From IMG/VR virus record IMGVR_UViG_3300012983_003032: a stretch of DNA of 64,000 bases; one strand, given 5' to 3'. Within the stretch, counting starts at the first letter, position 1, and every line of letters starts with the position of its first letter. The position numbers and the translations under genes were made by a program. The DNA comes from a virus. Of the stretch, positions 8,701 through 17,196 are shown one piece after another. The notes under the pieces are model-generated. The model searched no databases, was not told where the DNA came from, and saw nothing but the letters and a program-made list of their open reading frames with translations.

Positions 8701-10064
8701 AACACGCTACCAGTGTCTTTTGACAGCTTCTTTTCAGAAGCCTTTTCCTGGCTTTCCTCAGCTTCCCTGAGTACTTTTATAGCTTCAGTTTTTATATTAA
8801 CTGCTGCATTTTTGTCTCGTTGATGAATTTGTCCACATTCAGGACAAATCCAATTCTCCAAATGGAATTTCTTAACTTCTGGATTCTTAAAACCACAACA
8901 AGAACAAGTTTGTGAAGAGGCAAAGAATTTGTTTACTTTGATGATATGGCATCCATATCTTTCGCCTTTCCATTTTAATTTAGAAACGAAAGTTGACCAA
9001 GAGATGTCTTGGTAATTCTTTGCGTTTCTTGAGCCTTTCATCATTCCTTGGATAGACAAATCTTCAATTCCGATAAGTTGGTTTTCCTTTGTCAGTCTCA
9101 AAGATTCTTTTTCTATCCAATCTAAACGACAATTTGCAATATGCTCTTCCAAAGAAGCAATTTTGATTCTAATTTTTTCTTTGTTTTTAGAATTTTTAAT
9201 TTTTCTTGCATATTGTCTTTGAAGATGAGAAAGTTGAGAAAGATGTTCTTGTTTTTGCTTTTTGAATCCATAATCAGCTTTAGCTGACTTTTCGTTCGAG
9301 TCTATGTACATATCATCACAGTCAAAGTCTAAACCTATGACTTGGTTTTCGTCTAAGTCTTTAACTTTGACTTTCTGCTTAAAGTCTAAATTGACTTCAA
9401 ACAAAATTGTGATGTAATATTTTCCGTTAGGTGTTCTTGAGCAAGTGTATGAACAAACTTTAGTTCTGTTTTTATACCATTTTGGTAAGTTTCTGTGAGA
9501 AAACTTAATTTTCCCAATTTTGGGAAGTTCTACAGTTTTAGAGTTCCAATCTAAGAAGTTTTGTTTCATCTGTGAGTCTTTGAAGGAATTTTTAGCTTTC
9601 TTGGAATGGAATTTTGGCTTTTCTGATTTTCCGGAAAAGAAATTGCTATAAGCAGTTCTTAAATTCATAACTGCATTTGCTTTTCCTTGACCATTAGCTT
9701 CCTTCAAAAAAGGAAATTGTTGAGTCAATTCTGAAACTTTTGGTTCGTGGTATTTCTTATATTCAGAATTCGTTATTTTTCTAATAGCTTCAAGTTCGGC
9801 CTTTAGATTTTTGATTTCTTGCTTATTTTCTTTTGAATTTTTTTGCAGCTCTTCGAGCTTTTGAACTTTTTCGTAATAGTCAAATTCTTTTCTTAATGGA
9901 ACTATGGCGTTTTCGTAGAATTGATTTTTTGAATTTAAGAGGTAGTTGTAGATGAATCTAACACAACCAAAAGTCTTGTCCAATTTAGACTTTTGTTCTT
10001 GAGATGGGTTTAGTCTGAGCTTAAGTGCTAAATTTACACTTCTGTAACTAATTGTATTAGACAT
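8655..10064 (-). CDS. tnpB: TnpB (IS605 OrfB) RuvC-like RNA-guided endonuclease homolog
   Basis: 469 aa. RuvC-I (IGLDFD), RuvC-II (IGIEDL), zinc finger CSCCGF...CPECG and RuvC-III (HQRDKNAAVNI) in canonical order. Confidence 0.9.
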   Translation of the reverse strand: MSNTISYRSVNLALKLRLNPSQEQKSKLDKTFGCVRFIYNYLLNSKNQFYENAIVPLRKEFDYYEKVQKLEELQKNSKENKQEIKNLKAELEAIRKITNSEYKKYHEPKVSELTQQFPFLKEANGQGKANAVMNLRTAYSNFFSGKSEKPKFHSKKAKNSFKDSQMKQNFLDWNSKTVELPKIGKIKFSHRNLPKWYKNRTKVCSYTCSRTPNGKYYITILFEVNLDFKQKVKVKDLDENQVIGLDFDCDDMYIDSNEKSAKADYGFKKQKQEHLSQLSHLQRQYARKIKNSKNKEKIRIKIASLEEHIANCRLDWIEKESLRLTKENQLIGIEDLSIQGMMKGSRNAKNYQDISWSTFVSKLKWKGERYGCHIIKVNKFFASSQTCSCCGFKNPEVKKFHLENWICPECGQIHQRDKNAAVNIKTEAIKVLREAEESQEKASEKKLSKDTGSVLSTSLLANLALADAS

Positions 10065-10092
10065 TCAATAATCATTCCTTATTGTTTGTTTA

Positions 10093-10133
10093 GAAAGCTA
10101 TGAGAATCCCCATTCTTGTAGCTTTCGTTTTTT
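10093..10133 (+). terminator. plus-strand intrinsic terminator-like hairpin inside the IS, antisense to tnpB 5' region
   Basis: gaaagcta...tagctttc stem followed by gttttttc. Confidence 0.4.
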
Positions 10134-10331
10134 CTATTTAATTAGTAGAAACTTTTTGAAAAGGTTCTTATTTAATTAGTTAACTAGTTAACTACTTGTT
10201 AATATTTAATTTTAGAGCCATTCACGTGCTAAGCTAAAGACTTAGCACTTATCTGGCTCATTTTTTATATAATTTTTTAAATCTGTTAGTAAATATTGTT
10301 GTTTTTAAGAAATCTTCGTTAATATATTTTT

Positions 10332-10775
10332 ATGAGAATATCAGATTTTAATATAGAAATGAATTGGCCTAACGGTGGTGAAATAGTGTGGAGTAAATTA
10401 ACACCCCATGTAGTACCTTATTTGTCAGATGACTTTAAGTATGAGTCATTTTATCATCAGCAAGGTATATCAAAACCCATACCACCAAAATCTTTTAATC
10501 TTACTTTTAATTTAGGTCAAGATGCAGATATTTATAATTACCTAAAAAGCTTTTTTACGTCAAAGTCAAGAAAATATTATGGATTATACAGTCTTAAAGA
10601 TAAGGGATGGATATATATACATAATAGAATGTTGTATGCTAAAAATAAAAATGTACTTCGGAAAAAGTACATAAAAATGATTAATAATTTAATTCCATTA
10701 TATACTTATGAAGAAGATAGTTTGATTAAATATCAGCATGATAAAAATGTTGTTATTAAGCCATTTTGGTTGTAG
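10332..10775 (+). CDS. hypothetical protein (147 aa)
   Basis: ORF with coding-like composition. Confidence 0.45.
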   Translation: MRISDFNIEMNWPNGGEIVWSKLTPHVVPYLSDDFKYESFYHQQGISKPIPPKSFNLTFNLGQDADIYNYLKSFFTSKSRKYYGLYSLKDKGWIYIHNRMLYAKNKNVLRKKYIKMINNLIPLYTYEEDSLIKYQHDKNVVIKPFWL

Positions 10776-11275
10776 AGGTTCAAATGATTGGTGCAATATT
10801 CTGTTTAGGACTTGCTACTCTTATAAGTCACTATTTCATTAAGTCTCAATTAGACTTGGATTTAACAAAAGTTTGTAATGAACGAAATCAAAAAATTGAT
10901 AGAAGCCCAAATTGTAAAATATATATGATTTTGGCACACTATAATACCACACAAATGAAGATTCCTATGTCTTTTACGAGTTTAACTGATTATAAACCTC
11001 CTAGATGGGAGATATCTAAAAATCCATTTTCATTTAATGGTATGGAATTTAAATCCGCAGAAGTTAAACCTAATCCTTGGAGTCATCAAATAATTAATAA
11101 TGCAATTGAAACAATCAAGCAAAATTTTAGAATGACAGTGGGGATAAATACTGACGAAATTCAATATGACCTTTATCTATTAAGGGGTAATGATTTTTTG
11201 GACGGATACACAAGTAAAATTGTAAATGGCACAGAACAGGATATTAGAAATTACAGTTTTTCGGAAGATATGTGA
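10766..11275 (+). CDS. hypothetical protein with N-terminal TM helix (169 aa)
   Basis: N-terminal MIGAIFCLGLATLISHYFI hydrophobic segment. Confidence 0.4.
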   Translation: MVVEVQMIGAIFCLGLATLISHYFIKSQLDLDLTKVCNERNQKIDRSPNCKIYMILAHYNTTQMKIPMSFTSLTDYKPPRWEISKNPFSFNGMEFKSAEVKPNPWSHQIINNAIETIKQNFRMTVGINTDEIQYDLYLLRGNDFLDGYTSKIVNGTEQDIRNYSFSEDM

Positions 11276-11284
11276 GGTTAAAAA

Positions 11285-11761
11285 ATGAAACTGAGGACTA
11301 TTATTCTTACAGACCCCGTTAAAGCTGTAAATAAAATAAATGGTGAAAAAACACTCCAGTTCTTTGAAGAAAGTGTTATCAGCCATATAACAGACGTTAC
11401 CTCATTTTATGGAAATGAGTGTCTGTATTTCTTAGCCTATAAAGATAATAATCTTGTAGGTGTGGCAGTTGTGAGCGAAGAACGTACAGATATTAAAGGA
11501 CCTATGTCTGCCCCTTTTATTAGGGAGTTTGGTACAGTTAACTATACCAAAACTTGTAAGTATGCCAAAAAGGGGATAGGTGAGGAACTTTTAAATCATA
11601 TTATAAAACGAGTTGGGAACAGACTTACATTATCCTGTTTAGACAGTAATTCCGAACAATTTTGGAGATATATCGGTGAAAAGAAAGGATTGAAAGTTGA
11701 AGAAATTGGAAGAACTGTATGGGGTACACCAACTTTGTATTTTCGGGATTTTAAGGGTTAA
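11285..11761 (+). CDS. GNAT-family N-acetyltransferase (probable)
   Basis: SD GAGGT upstream. Acetyl-CoA binding-like KKGIGEELLNHII motif (R/Q-x-x-G-x-G/A) in a beta-alpha context. Confidence 0.5.
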   Translation: MKLRTIILTDPVKAVNKINGEKTLQFFEESVISHITDVTSFYGNECLYFLAYKDNNLVGVAVVSEERTDIKGPMSAPFIREFGTVNYTKTCKYAKKGIGEELLNHIIKRVGNRLTLSCLDSNSEQFWRYIGEKKGLKVEEIGRTVWGTPTLYFRDFKG

Positions 11762-11794
11762 AATTGCTATATTATAAATGTATAGGAGAAAATT

Positions 11795-13498
11795 ATGGCA
11801 AAGTCACAGAAAAAAATTAAAGAATGTAAACATAATGGCACTCGTTTTCCAGACCTTTTTAAGAGTAGAGGATTTACTCTTGCGGGTGTGTCACTTTATA
11901 ACAGTGATGTTGACTCTGCAGAAGAAATGCTTTGGCATTATGCAGCAAAGTTAGACACAGACTATGTTAAGAATGAAGTTTTTAACAAAAACTTTTATTT
12001 GTGTCTTAAAGAACAACTTCCTGAAACTTTAAGAAATATAAAGTTTCCTGATGGATTTATGTCTGTTCTTACAGAAATGAAGAAGTTGCAGGAAAAAGAA
12101 AAAGAAGAAAAAACACAGTATAAAAAAGACCATAAAGAAGAACTTAAAAAAGAGGCAGAAGACCTTAAAGAAGAATATGGATATGCAATTCTTAATGGTG
12201 AAAAACAGCCTCTTATGTCAAATTTGGTAGAAGGCCCTGGGATTTTTATTGCTCGTGGAGATGCACCCCTTCTTGGTATGTGGAAATACCGTACTATGCC
12301 AGAAGATGTAACAATTAACTATATTGGACCAAAAGAAGAAACTCCAAAAGCACCTGAAGGACATCATTGGAAGAAAGTAACTAATAATCAGGTATATTAT
12401 ATTGCTTCTTATGAAGTAGATATCGGACACATTACAACAAAGAATAAAGAAATTCGTTTTGGTAGTGGTTCTTCTGTAAAGGCTGATGCAGACCAAAAGA
12501 AGTTTGATAAGGCAGTAAATCTTTTACAGCATAAAAAAGAAATGGAACAGTATATTCGTGAGAACCTTACAAACCCTGACCCTAAAATTGCTGAGTGTGC
12601 TCTTATTTCTTGGTTATTGCAAGAAACAGGTATTCGTATAGGTAATTCTAAAAATGTCGAAATTGAAGCCGATACTGTTGGGGCGTCTACTTTGAAAAAA
12701 GAAAATATTTGGGCAGATGACGGAAAACTTTATCTTAATTTTATTGGTAAAGATTCGATTGTTTATAAAAATGAAATTGAAGTACCAAAGTATATTGAAA
12801 CTGCAATTAATCGAAAAGTTAAAAAGGCTAAAGATGGTGAACAGATTTTCAGTGTAGACTCAAATGATGTTAACAAATTCTTAGGAGCTTGTGTGGAAGG
12901 ATGTACTCCAAAGTTGTGGCGTACTGCAATTGCAACTGAACTTCTTGTAAATGCCTTTAAGGACCAACACGTTAAAAAGTCTATGACTGTAACTGAAAAA
13001 CTTCGTGCTTTTGACCTTGCAAATCTTGAAGTTGCGAAAAAATTAAATCATAAAAAAGCTGTATCAAAGAATTATGACTCACAGATTGAAAAGTTGGATT
13101 CTACTATTGAATCAGATGAGAATAAGTTTAATGAACTTAAAATTAAATTAACTGCTGAAATTAAAGAGCTTGATAAAAAAATTAAAAAAGCAAAAGAACT
13201 TGGTCTTGATAGAAATGTAAAATCTTTTAAGGAAACTAAAAAGAAAAAACAGGAACGTCTTACAAAGGCAGAAGAAAGTCTTAAAAACAAAAAGTTTAAG
13301 AGAGAATTCAAAGAACAGACAATGGATATTGCCATTGGTACGTCAAGAACAAATTATTGTAGTCCAAAAATTGCTTATAGTATCTGTAAGGACTTGGATA
13401 TTCCAATTGAAAAGATTTATTCTAAGTCTCTTTTGGAAAAGTTTAAGTGGGCAGAAAATGTAAGTAAGGATTATTGGAGAAAGTACCCAGATGTATAG
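11795..13498 (+). CDS. type IB DNA topoisomerase, eukaryotic (nuclear TOP1)-like with linker domain
   Basis: Recalled human TOP1 segments align along the protein: LKEEYGYAILNG...EGPGIFIARGDAPLLGMWKYRTMPEDVTINY with the TOP1 core; ADTVG and FIGKDSI; KLWRTAIATELL with KVFRTYNAS; and the catalytic-Tyr region AIGTSRTNYCSPKIAYSICKDLDIPIEKIYSKSLLEKFKWA with [41 protein letters not shown]. A ~100-aa coiled-coil linker precedes the active-site Tyr. Confidence 0.9.
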   Translation: MAKSQKKIKECKHNGTRFPDLFKSRGFTLAGVSLYNSDVDSAEEMLWHYAAKLDTDYVKNEVFNKNFYLCLKEQLPETLRNIKFPDGFMSVLTEMKKLQEKEKEEKTQYKKDHKEELKKEAEDLKEEYGYAILNGEKQPLMSNLVEGPGIFIARGDAPLLGMWKYRTMPEDVTINYIGPKEETPKAPEGHHWKKVTNNQVYYIASYEVDIGHITTKNKEIRFGSGSSVKADADQKKFDKAVNLLQHKKEMEQYIRENLTNPDPKIAECALISWLLQETGIRIGNSKNVEIEADTVGASTLKKENIWADDGKLYLNFIGKDSIVYKNEIEVPKYIETAINRKVKKAKDGEQIFSVDSNDVNKFLGACVEGCTPKLWRTAIATELLVNAFKDQHVKKSMTVTEKLRAFDLANLEVAKKLNHKKAVSKNYDSQIEKLDSTIESDENKFNELKIKLTAEIKELDKKIKKAKELGLDRNVKSFKETKKKKQERLTKAEESLKNKKFKREFKEQTMDIAIGTSRTNYCSPKIAYSICKDLDIPIEKIYSKSLLEKFKWAENVSKDYWRKYPDV

Positions 13499-13802
13499 AT
13501 TAAAATACACATATATGCAAATTAAAAAATACTTCCAGCAGAAAAAGTGTAAGCATAAGTACATTCTTATAAGGGACGTACATGGCGACGAGATAAACAC
13601 TTACTGCCAAAGTGTACGAAGTATTTGGAAATGTTTATAGCGTGTTGCGTAAAAGTCCCACATCTTTAGTGTGGGACATGTAGCAACACAAAGTCGTACT
13701 TTTGCTTTACGCCCAATGCTACTAAATATATAAAAGTTTATGCAAAATACAAAGAAAACCTAAAATGTATAAACTTTTGAGATAATATAATATTAAATAG
13801 AT

Positions 13803-14231
13803 ATGGCAAGAAAACTTGAAAGTTCAGCACATTCAAAGCATCTCATAATGTACCACTTGATATTTGTGGCAAAGTATAGAAGGAAGATATTTTCTTTCCA
13901 CGACTTTGGTGACGCTTTGAAACAAAAGTTTCTTGACATTTCTTCAAACTATGAGTTTTCAATAGATACAATAGACTTGGACTACTCTAAGCCAGACCAT
14001 ATACACATTCTTGTAAGAAGTATTCCTACATTGTCACCAGACCAAATAGTAAGAGTTCTGAAACAAGAAGCAAATATCTGGGCTTGGGATAACTATGGTC
14101 CTTGGCTCAAGAAGTTTTACCATAGAAGTCATCATCTCTTTACACGTGGATACTATTGTGGTTCAGTAGGAAATGTTTCCGCAGATACAGTAGCAAAATA
14201 CTTAGAAGACCAAGGGAGGAACGGATGCTAA
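13803..14231 (+). CDS. tnpA: IS200-like Y1 (HUH) transposase TnpA
   Basis: 142 aa. HUH motif HIHILV and C-terminal catalytic Tyr region (TVAKYLEDQ), size typical of IS200 TnpA. Confidence 0.85.
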   Translation: MARKLESSAHSKHLIMYHLIFVAKYRRKIFSFHDFGDALKQKFLDISSNYEFSIDTIDLDYSKPDHIHILVRSIPTLSPDQIVRVLKQEANIWAWDNYGPWLKKFYHRSHHLFTRGYYCGSVGNVSADTVAKYLEDQGRNGC

Positions 14232-15421
14232 AAGCGTATAAATATCGTATCTATCCTACTCAAGAACAAGAAACATTTCTATGTAAAGAACTCGGTTTGA
14301 AAAGACTCTATTGGAACATCTCACTTGCAAATAAGAATGCAGACCATTCTTACAAGCTTACTTCATACAAAGAAACATTTTCAAAATATAAGCCAGAAGC
14401 ACTTGAATGGTGTAAAGAAATAGACAGTACTGCTATGGCAGATGTTTGGAATGACTTGACACAAGCGTTCAGAAACTTCTTTGCATCTTGCAATGGTACA
14501 AGAAAAGGAAAGTTCGTAAAGCCACCAAAGTTCAAGTCTAAAAAGAATATGAAAGAGTCTATTGGCTACACTGCTATGGCAAAGCCAAAGTTTGTAAACG
14601 GAAAACTTTTCATAACAAGAAAACTTGGACTTCTAAAAGGTGCATACTATTGTCAGTTCTGTGAAGGAAAGTTAAAGAACGTAACTATAAGCAGAACTGC
14701 TACTGGTAAATGGTTTGTATCTATTTGTGTTGAGAAGAAAGACGAACCAAAGAACAATAACGGCAAAGCGATAGGAATAGACTGGAACTGTAGAGATGAC
14801 GTTTTTCTTACTTTAAGTGATGGCACGAAAGTCAAGTGTCCTCGCTTCCTAAGAGAAAAGGAAAAGCAGCTAGCTCACTATCAGAAACTCATGTCTAAAA
14901 AGTTTGTGAAAGGAAAACAAAAACAGTCTCAAAACTATTACAAAGCAAAATATAAAGTTGCTAAACTTCACGAAAAGGTTTCTTGGCAAAGACAAGACTG
15001 GTTGCATAGGTTGTCTTACGACTTGGCACAAAAGTATCAGTATGTCATTGTCGAAGACATCAACTTGCAGTCTATGGCACAAATGCATCACGGAAGAGCA
15101 GTTGGTGACCAAGGGTTTGGAATGCTAAGGAGTATGATAGCTTACAAAACTACTTTAGTGAAAGTTTCAGCAAAGAATACTTCTAAGACTTGTCATACTT
15201 GTGGGTATGTAAACCCAAAGGTTGTTTTAGGTGTTGAACAATGGAAATGCCCTGTCTGTTCTTCTGAACATGACAGAGATATAAATGCAGCCCTGAACAT
15301 CTTGAATAAAGGTGTTACTAGTCTGGGCGTAGTAGGCAGGGAACGAGCCGAAAGTACAAATGCCTGTGGAGTGCCACGAAGCACTGCGAAGCAGGAAGTC
15401 CACGTTGCCATCGAGCCTTAG
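14225..15421 (+). CDS. tnpB: TnpB (IS605 OrfB) RuvC-like nuclease
   Basis: Starts MLKAYKYRIYPT (classic TnpB N-terminus); the table ORF from 14156 is a TTG extension. Contains EDINLQ (RuvC-II), zinc finger CHTCGY...CPVCS and RuvC-III HDRDINAALNI. Confidence 0.9.
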   Translation: MLKAYKYRIYPTQEQETFLCKELGLKRLYWNISLANKNADHSYKLTSYKETFSKYKPEALEWCKEIDSTAMADVWNDLTQAFRNFFASCNGTRKGKFVKPPKFKSKKNMKESIGYTAMAKPKFVNGKLFITRKLGLLKGAYYCQFCEGKLKNVTISRTATGKWFVSICVEKKDEPKNNNGKAIGIDWNCRDDVFLTLSDGTKVKCPRFLREKEKQLAHYQKLMSKKFVKGKQKQSQNYYKAKYKVAKLHEKVSWQRQDWLHRLSYDLAQKYQYVIVEDINLQSMAQMHHGRAVGDQGFGMLRSMIAYKTTLVKVSAKNTSKTCHTCGYVNPKVVLGVEQWKCPVCSSEHDRDINAALNILNKGVTSLGVVGRERAESTNACGVPRSTAKQEVHVAIEP

Positions 15422-15480
15422 TTTCGGCTCGTAAGCAACTATGGAATGTCCCAGGTCTTTAGCCTGGGGCAGCGTTCAAT
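15300..15480 (+). ncRNA. putative omegaRNA scaffold (tnpB 3' end plus RE hairpin)
   Basis: Inferred from TnpB biology. The RE hairpin sits 30 nt after the tnpB stop. Confidence 0.3.
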
Positions 15481-15504
15481 ACATGAAAATTACGAGGTGT
15501 TGAA

Positions 15505-15669
15505 ATGACAATTATTTTAGAAGACAGTGATATCCGTAAGATTATTGCAGAAAAGTTTAATGTAGACCCAGAAGATATAGATTTTTCAGCTAAAGAAAAA
15601 GAAGAAGACTGTGGAATCGTAGACGTTAAATTCACTGCAGTTTCTGCAGTAATTACCAAGGAGGTGTAA
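15505..15669 (+). CDS. hypothetical small acidic protein (54 aa; not in ORF table)
   Basis: ATG at 15505 preceded by GAGGTG. Ends TAA 2 nt before the next gene's GTG. Confidence 0.35.
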   Translation: MTIILEDSDIRKIIAEKFNVDPEDIDFSAKEKEEDCGIVDVKFTAVSAVITKEV

Positions 15670-15670
15670 T

Positions 15671-15988
15671 GTGAAAAAAAGAAATATTGGCCTTGTAACT
15701 AATAGTGGTTCTAGTGATTGGAGTAATTTTAACGAACTTTCCTATGCAGACCTTATAGCCTCATTAAAGAGTGACTATTTTTTCTTTAGAGTATCTGACC
15801 CAATGAATAATGGACATAGTGCAGAATATAGAGAAATCTTAAAAACTTGGTGGGGTGTAAAAGTAAAAACAGTTGGGTATATAGACTTGGACAAAGTAGT
15901 ATTTGACGGAAAAACATACTATTTTCCTGAGTCATCAAGAACTTACGGATGGAATTTATGCCAAAAGAAGAAAAAGAAAAAAGATTAA
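15671..15988 (+). CDS. hypothetical protein (GTG start, Lys-rich C-terminus)
   Basis: Strong SD AAGGAGG 7 nt upstream of GTG. Confidence 0.45.
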   Translation: MKKRNIGLVTNSGSSDWSNFNELSYADLIASLKSDYFFFRVSDPMNNGHSAEYREILKTWWGVKVKTVGYIDLDKVVFDGKTYYFPESSRTYGWNLCQKKKKKKD

Positions 15989-16272
15989 ATAAAGTATTTT
16001 TTCTTGAAAATGAGTGTACTAATCAAATCTATAAAGTTACAACAGAAACAAGTAAACTTGCCATTCAACTGGCAGAAGATTGTGAGTCTTCTGTATATGA
16101 TGCATGGGCAAATGACAATATTGACATATGGGGTAATTGGATTGGCAATATCAAAGTTGTAGACTTTACTAAAATTGATGAAGACGCGTCTATCTGGGAT
16201 TTGGACGATGACTATTCTTTTAAATGGTGTGAATGGCCAAAAGAAAAGAAAAAGAAAGATTTTAACTTTTAA
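15949..16272 (+). CDS. hypothetical protein, probable tandem paralog of 15671..15988 (similar W-x-C...KKKKD C-terminus)
   Basis: Overlaps the upstream gene by 40 nt in the -1 frame. The 3' ends of both ORFs share a ~25-nt poly-purine repeat (ccaaaagaaRagaaaaagaaaRagat). Confidence 0.4.
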   Translation: MEFMPKEEKEKRLNKVFFLENECTNQIYKVTTETSKLAIQLAEDCESSVYDAWANDNIDIWGNWIGNIKVVDFTKIDEDASIWDLDDDYSFKWCEWPKEKKKKDFNF

Positions 16273-16298
16273 AAAACCACCCAAAAGGGTGGTTTTTG
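16271..16298. terminator. bidirectional intrinsic terminator (aaccaccc-aaaa-gggtggtt, flanked by A- and T-runs)
   Basis: Perfect 8-bp stem between convergent genes. Confidence 0.6.
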
Positions 16299-16301
16299 TA
16301 T

Positions 16302-17075
16302 TTAAAGACTAGAAATAGGATTAAATAATTCTTCTGTATTAGAAACAGCATTAAACATATCTAAAATATCTTTGTTTGTTGGCATTTCTTTGGAAGTGAA
16401 TAGATTGTCTTCACTTTCAAAAACATTAGTATCTATCTTGTTAAAGGCTTCTTTAACCTCTTCTTCTTTCATTTCTTTATATACTCTATCCGCCTCAGTT
16501 TTAATGTCTTCCTTATTAATTTCTATATCGGATTTTGACTCTTCGGGAATATCTTCTGCATAATCAACAAGATAGAAAGACTTTAACATAAAATCATATG
16601 GGTCAATTTCTTTATATTGGTTTAAATGACAAAACATGTAAGGTTTTATAAAAAGCTTATCATTATCCCCCAGTTCATTTTTAGCATATGTACCCCATGA
16701 AGTAGATGTATCTATATTGACAGTAGCATATAAAACATCTCCTCTAAGTTCCATATTTGAAACCATACCTATTTTAGTATTACCTTGGTCTTTTTGTCCG
16801 TATATAGGTAGGTCATAAAGACCTTCATCTATTACTTTTTCCCACAATTCACGAGGGTAGGTAATGTGTGTTTTAAGTGGAACACCACACTGCATTAAAG
16901 GTATAGTGTACTCAAAGTATCTAGGGAATAAAGACCTCATTTTAATAGTTTCTTTATTATCTAAATTTTCTACAGTTTTAAAAAGAAATCTTGGATTTTC
17001 TTTCATTGAATTAAAATCTCCTTTAAGTGTTACTTTTACGGTGTCTGCATTTATAAGTTCTGAATATACTGGCAT
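16302..17075 (-). CDS. hypothetical protein (257 aa)
   Basis: Intact ORF, divergent from the structural operon. Confidence 0.55.
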   Translation of the reverse strand: MPVYSELINADTVKVTLKGDFNSMKENPRFLFKTVENLDNKETIKMRSLFPRYFEYTIPLMQCGVPLKTHITYPRELWEKVIDEGLYDLPIYGQKDQGNTKIGMVSNMELRGDVLYATVNIDTSTSWGTYAKNELGDNDKLFIKPYMFCHLNQYKEIDPYDFMLKSFYLVDYAEDIPEESKSDIEINKEDIKTEADRVYKEMKEEEVKEAFNKIDTNVFESEDNLFTSKEMPTNKDILDMFNAVSNTEELFNPISSL

Positions 17076-17116
17076 ATAATTATATTAACAAAATTGAATC
17101 CTTCTAAGAATTAGAT

Positions 17117-17126
17117 ACTAATTTAG
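17117..17126 (+). promoter_or_regulatory. TACTAATTTA motif instance (candidate phage middle/late promoter element)
   Basis: Same decamer as at 26981. Related ACTAATT cores at 30057, 38958 and 40418, all upstream of structural genes. Confidence 0.3.
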
Positions 17127-17196
17127 GTAAGATAGTTTATCTTTTTTAAAATTACTTCGTGGCAACAAAAAATGTTGTATATATGGGAGAAAAGAG

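Larger units (their letters stand above)
8581..10262 (-). mobile_element. IS200/IS605-family element carrying tnpB only (IS1341-like, non-autonomous)
   Basis: tnpB is flanked by subterminal hairpins with identical loops: 8585-8607 ATGCTTGG-ctaaaga-CCAAGCAT and 10226-10248 GTGCTAAG-ctaaaga-CTTAGCAC. Second hairpin at 8612-8633. No room for tnpA. Boundaries approximate. Confidence 0.75.
13640..15480 (+). mobile_element. IS200/IS605-family element with tnpA and tnpB
   Basis: LE hairpin 13655-13677 GTCCCACA-tctttag-TGTGGGAC; RE hairpin 15450-15468 CCCAGG-tctttag-CCTGGG. Same loop as the other element, in matching orientation relative to tnpB. tnpA stop overlaps tnpB start (ATGCTAA). Boundaries approximate. 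Confidence 0.8.
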
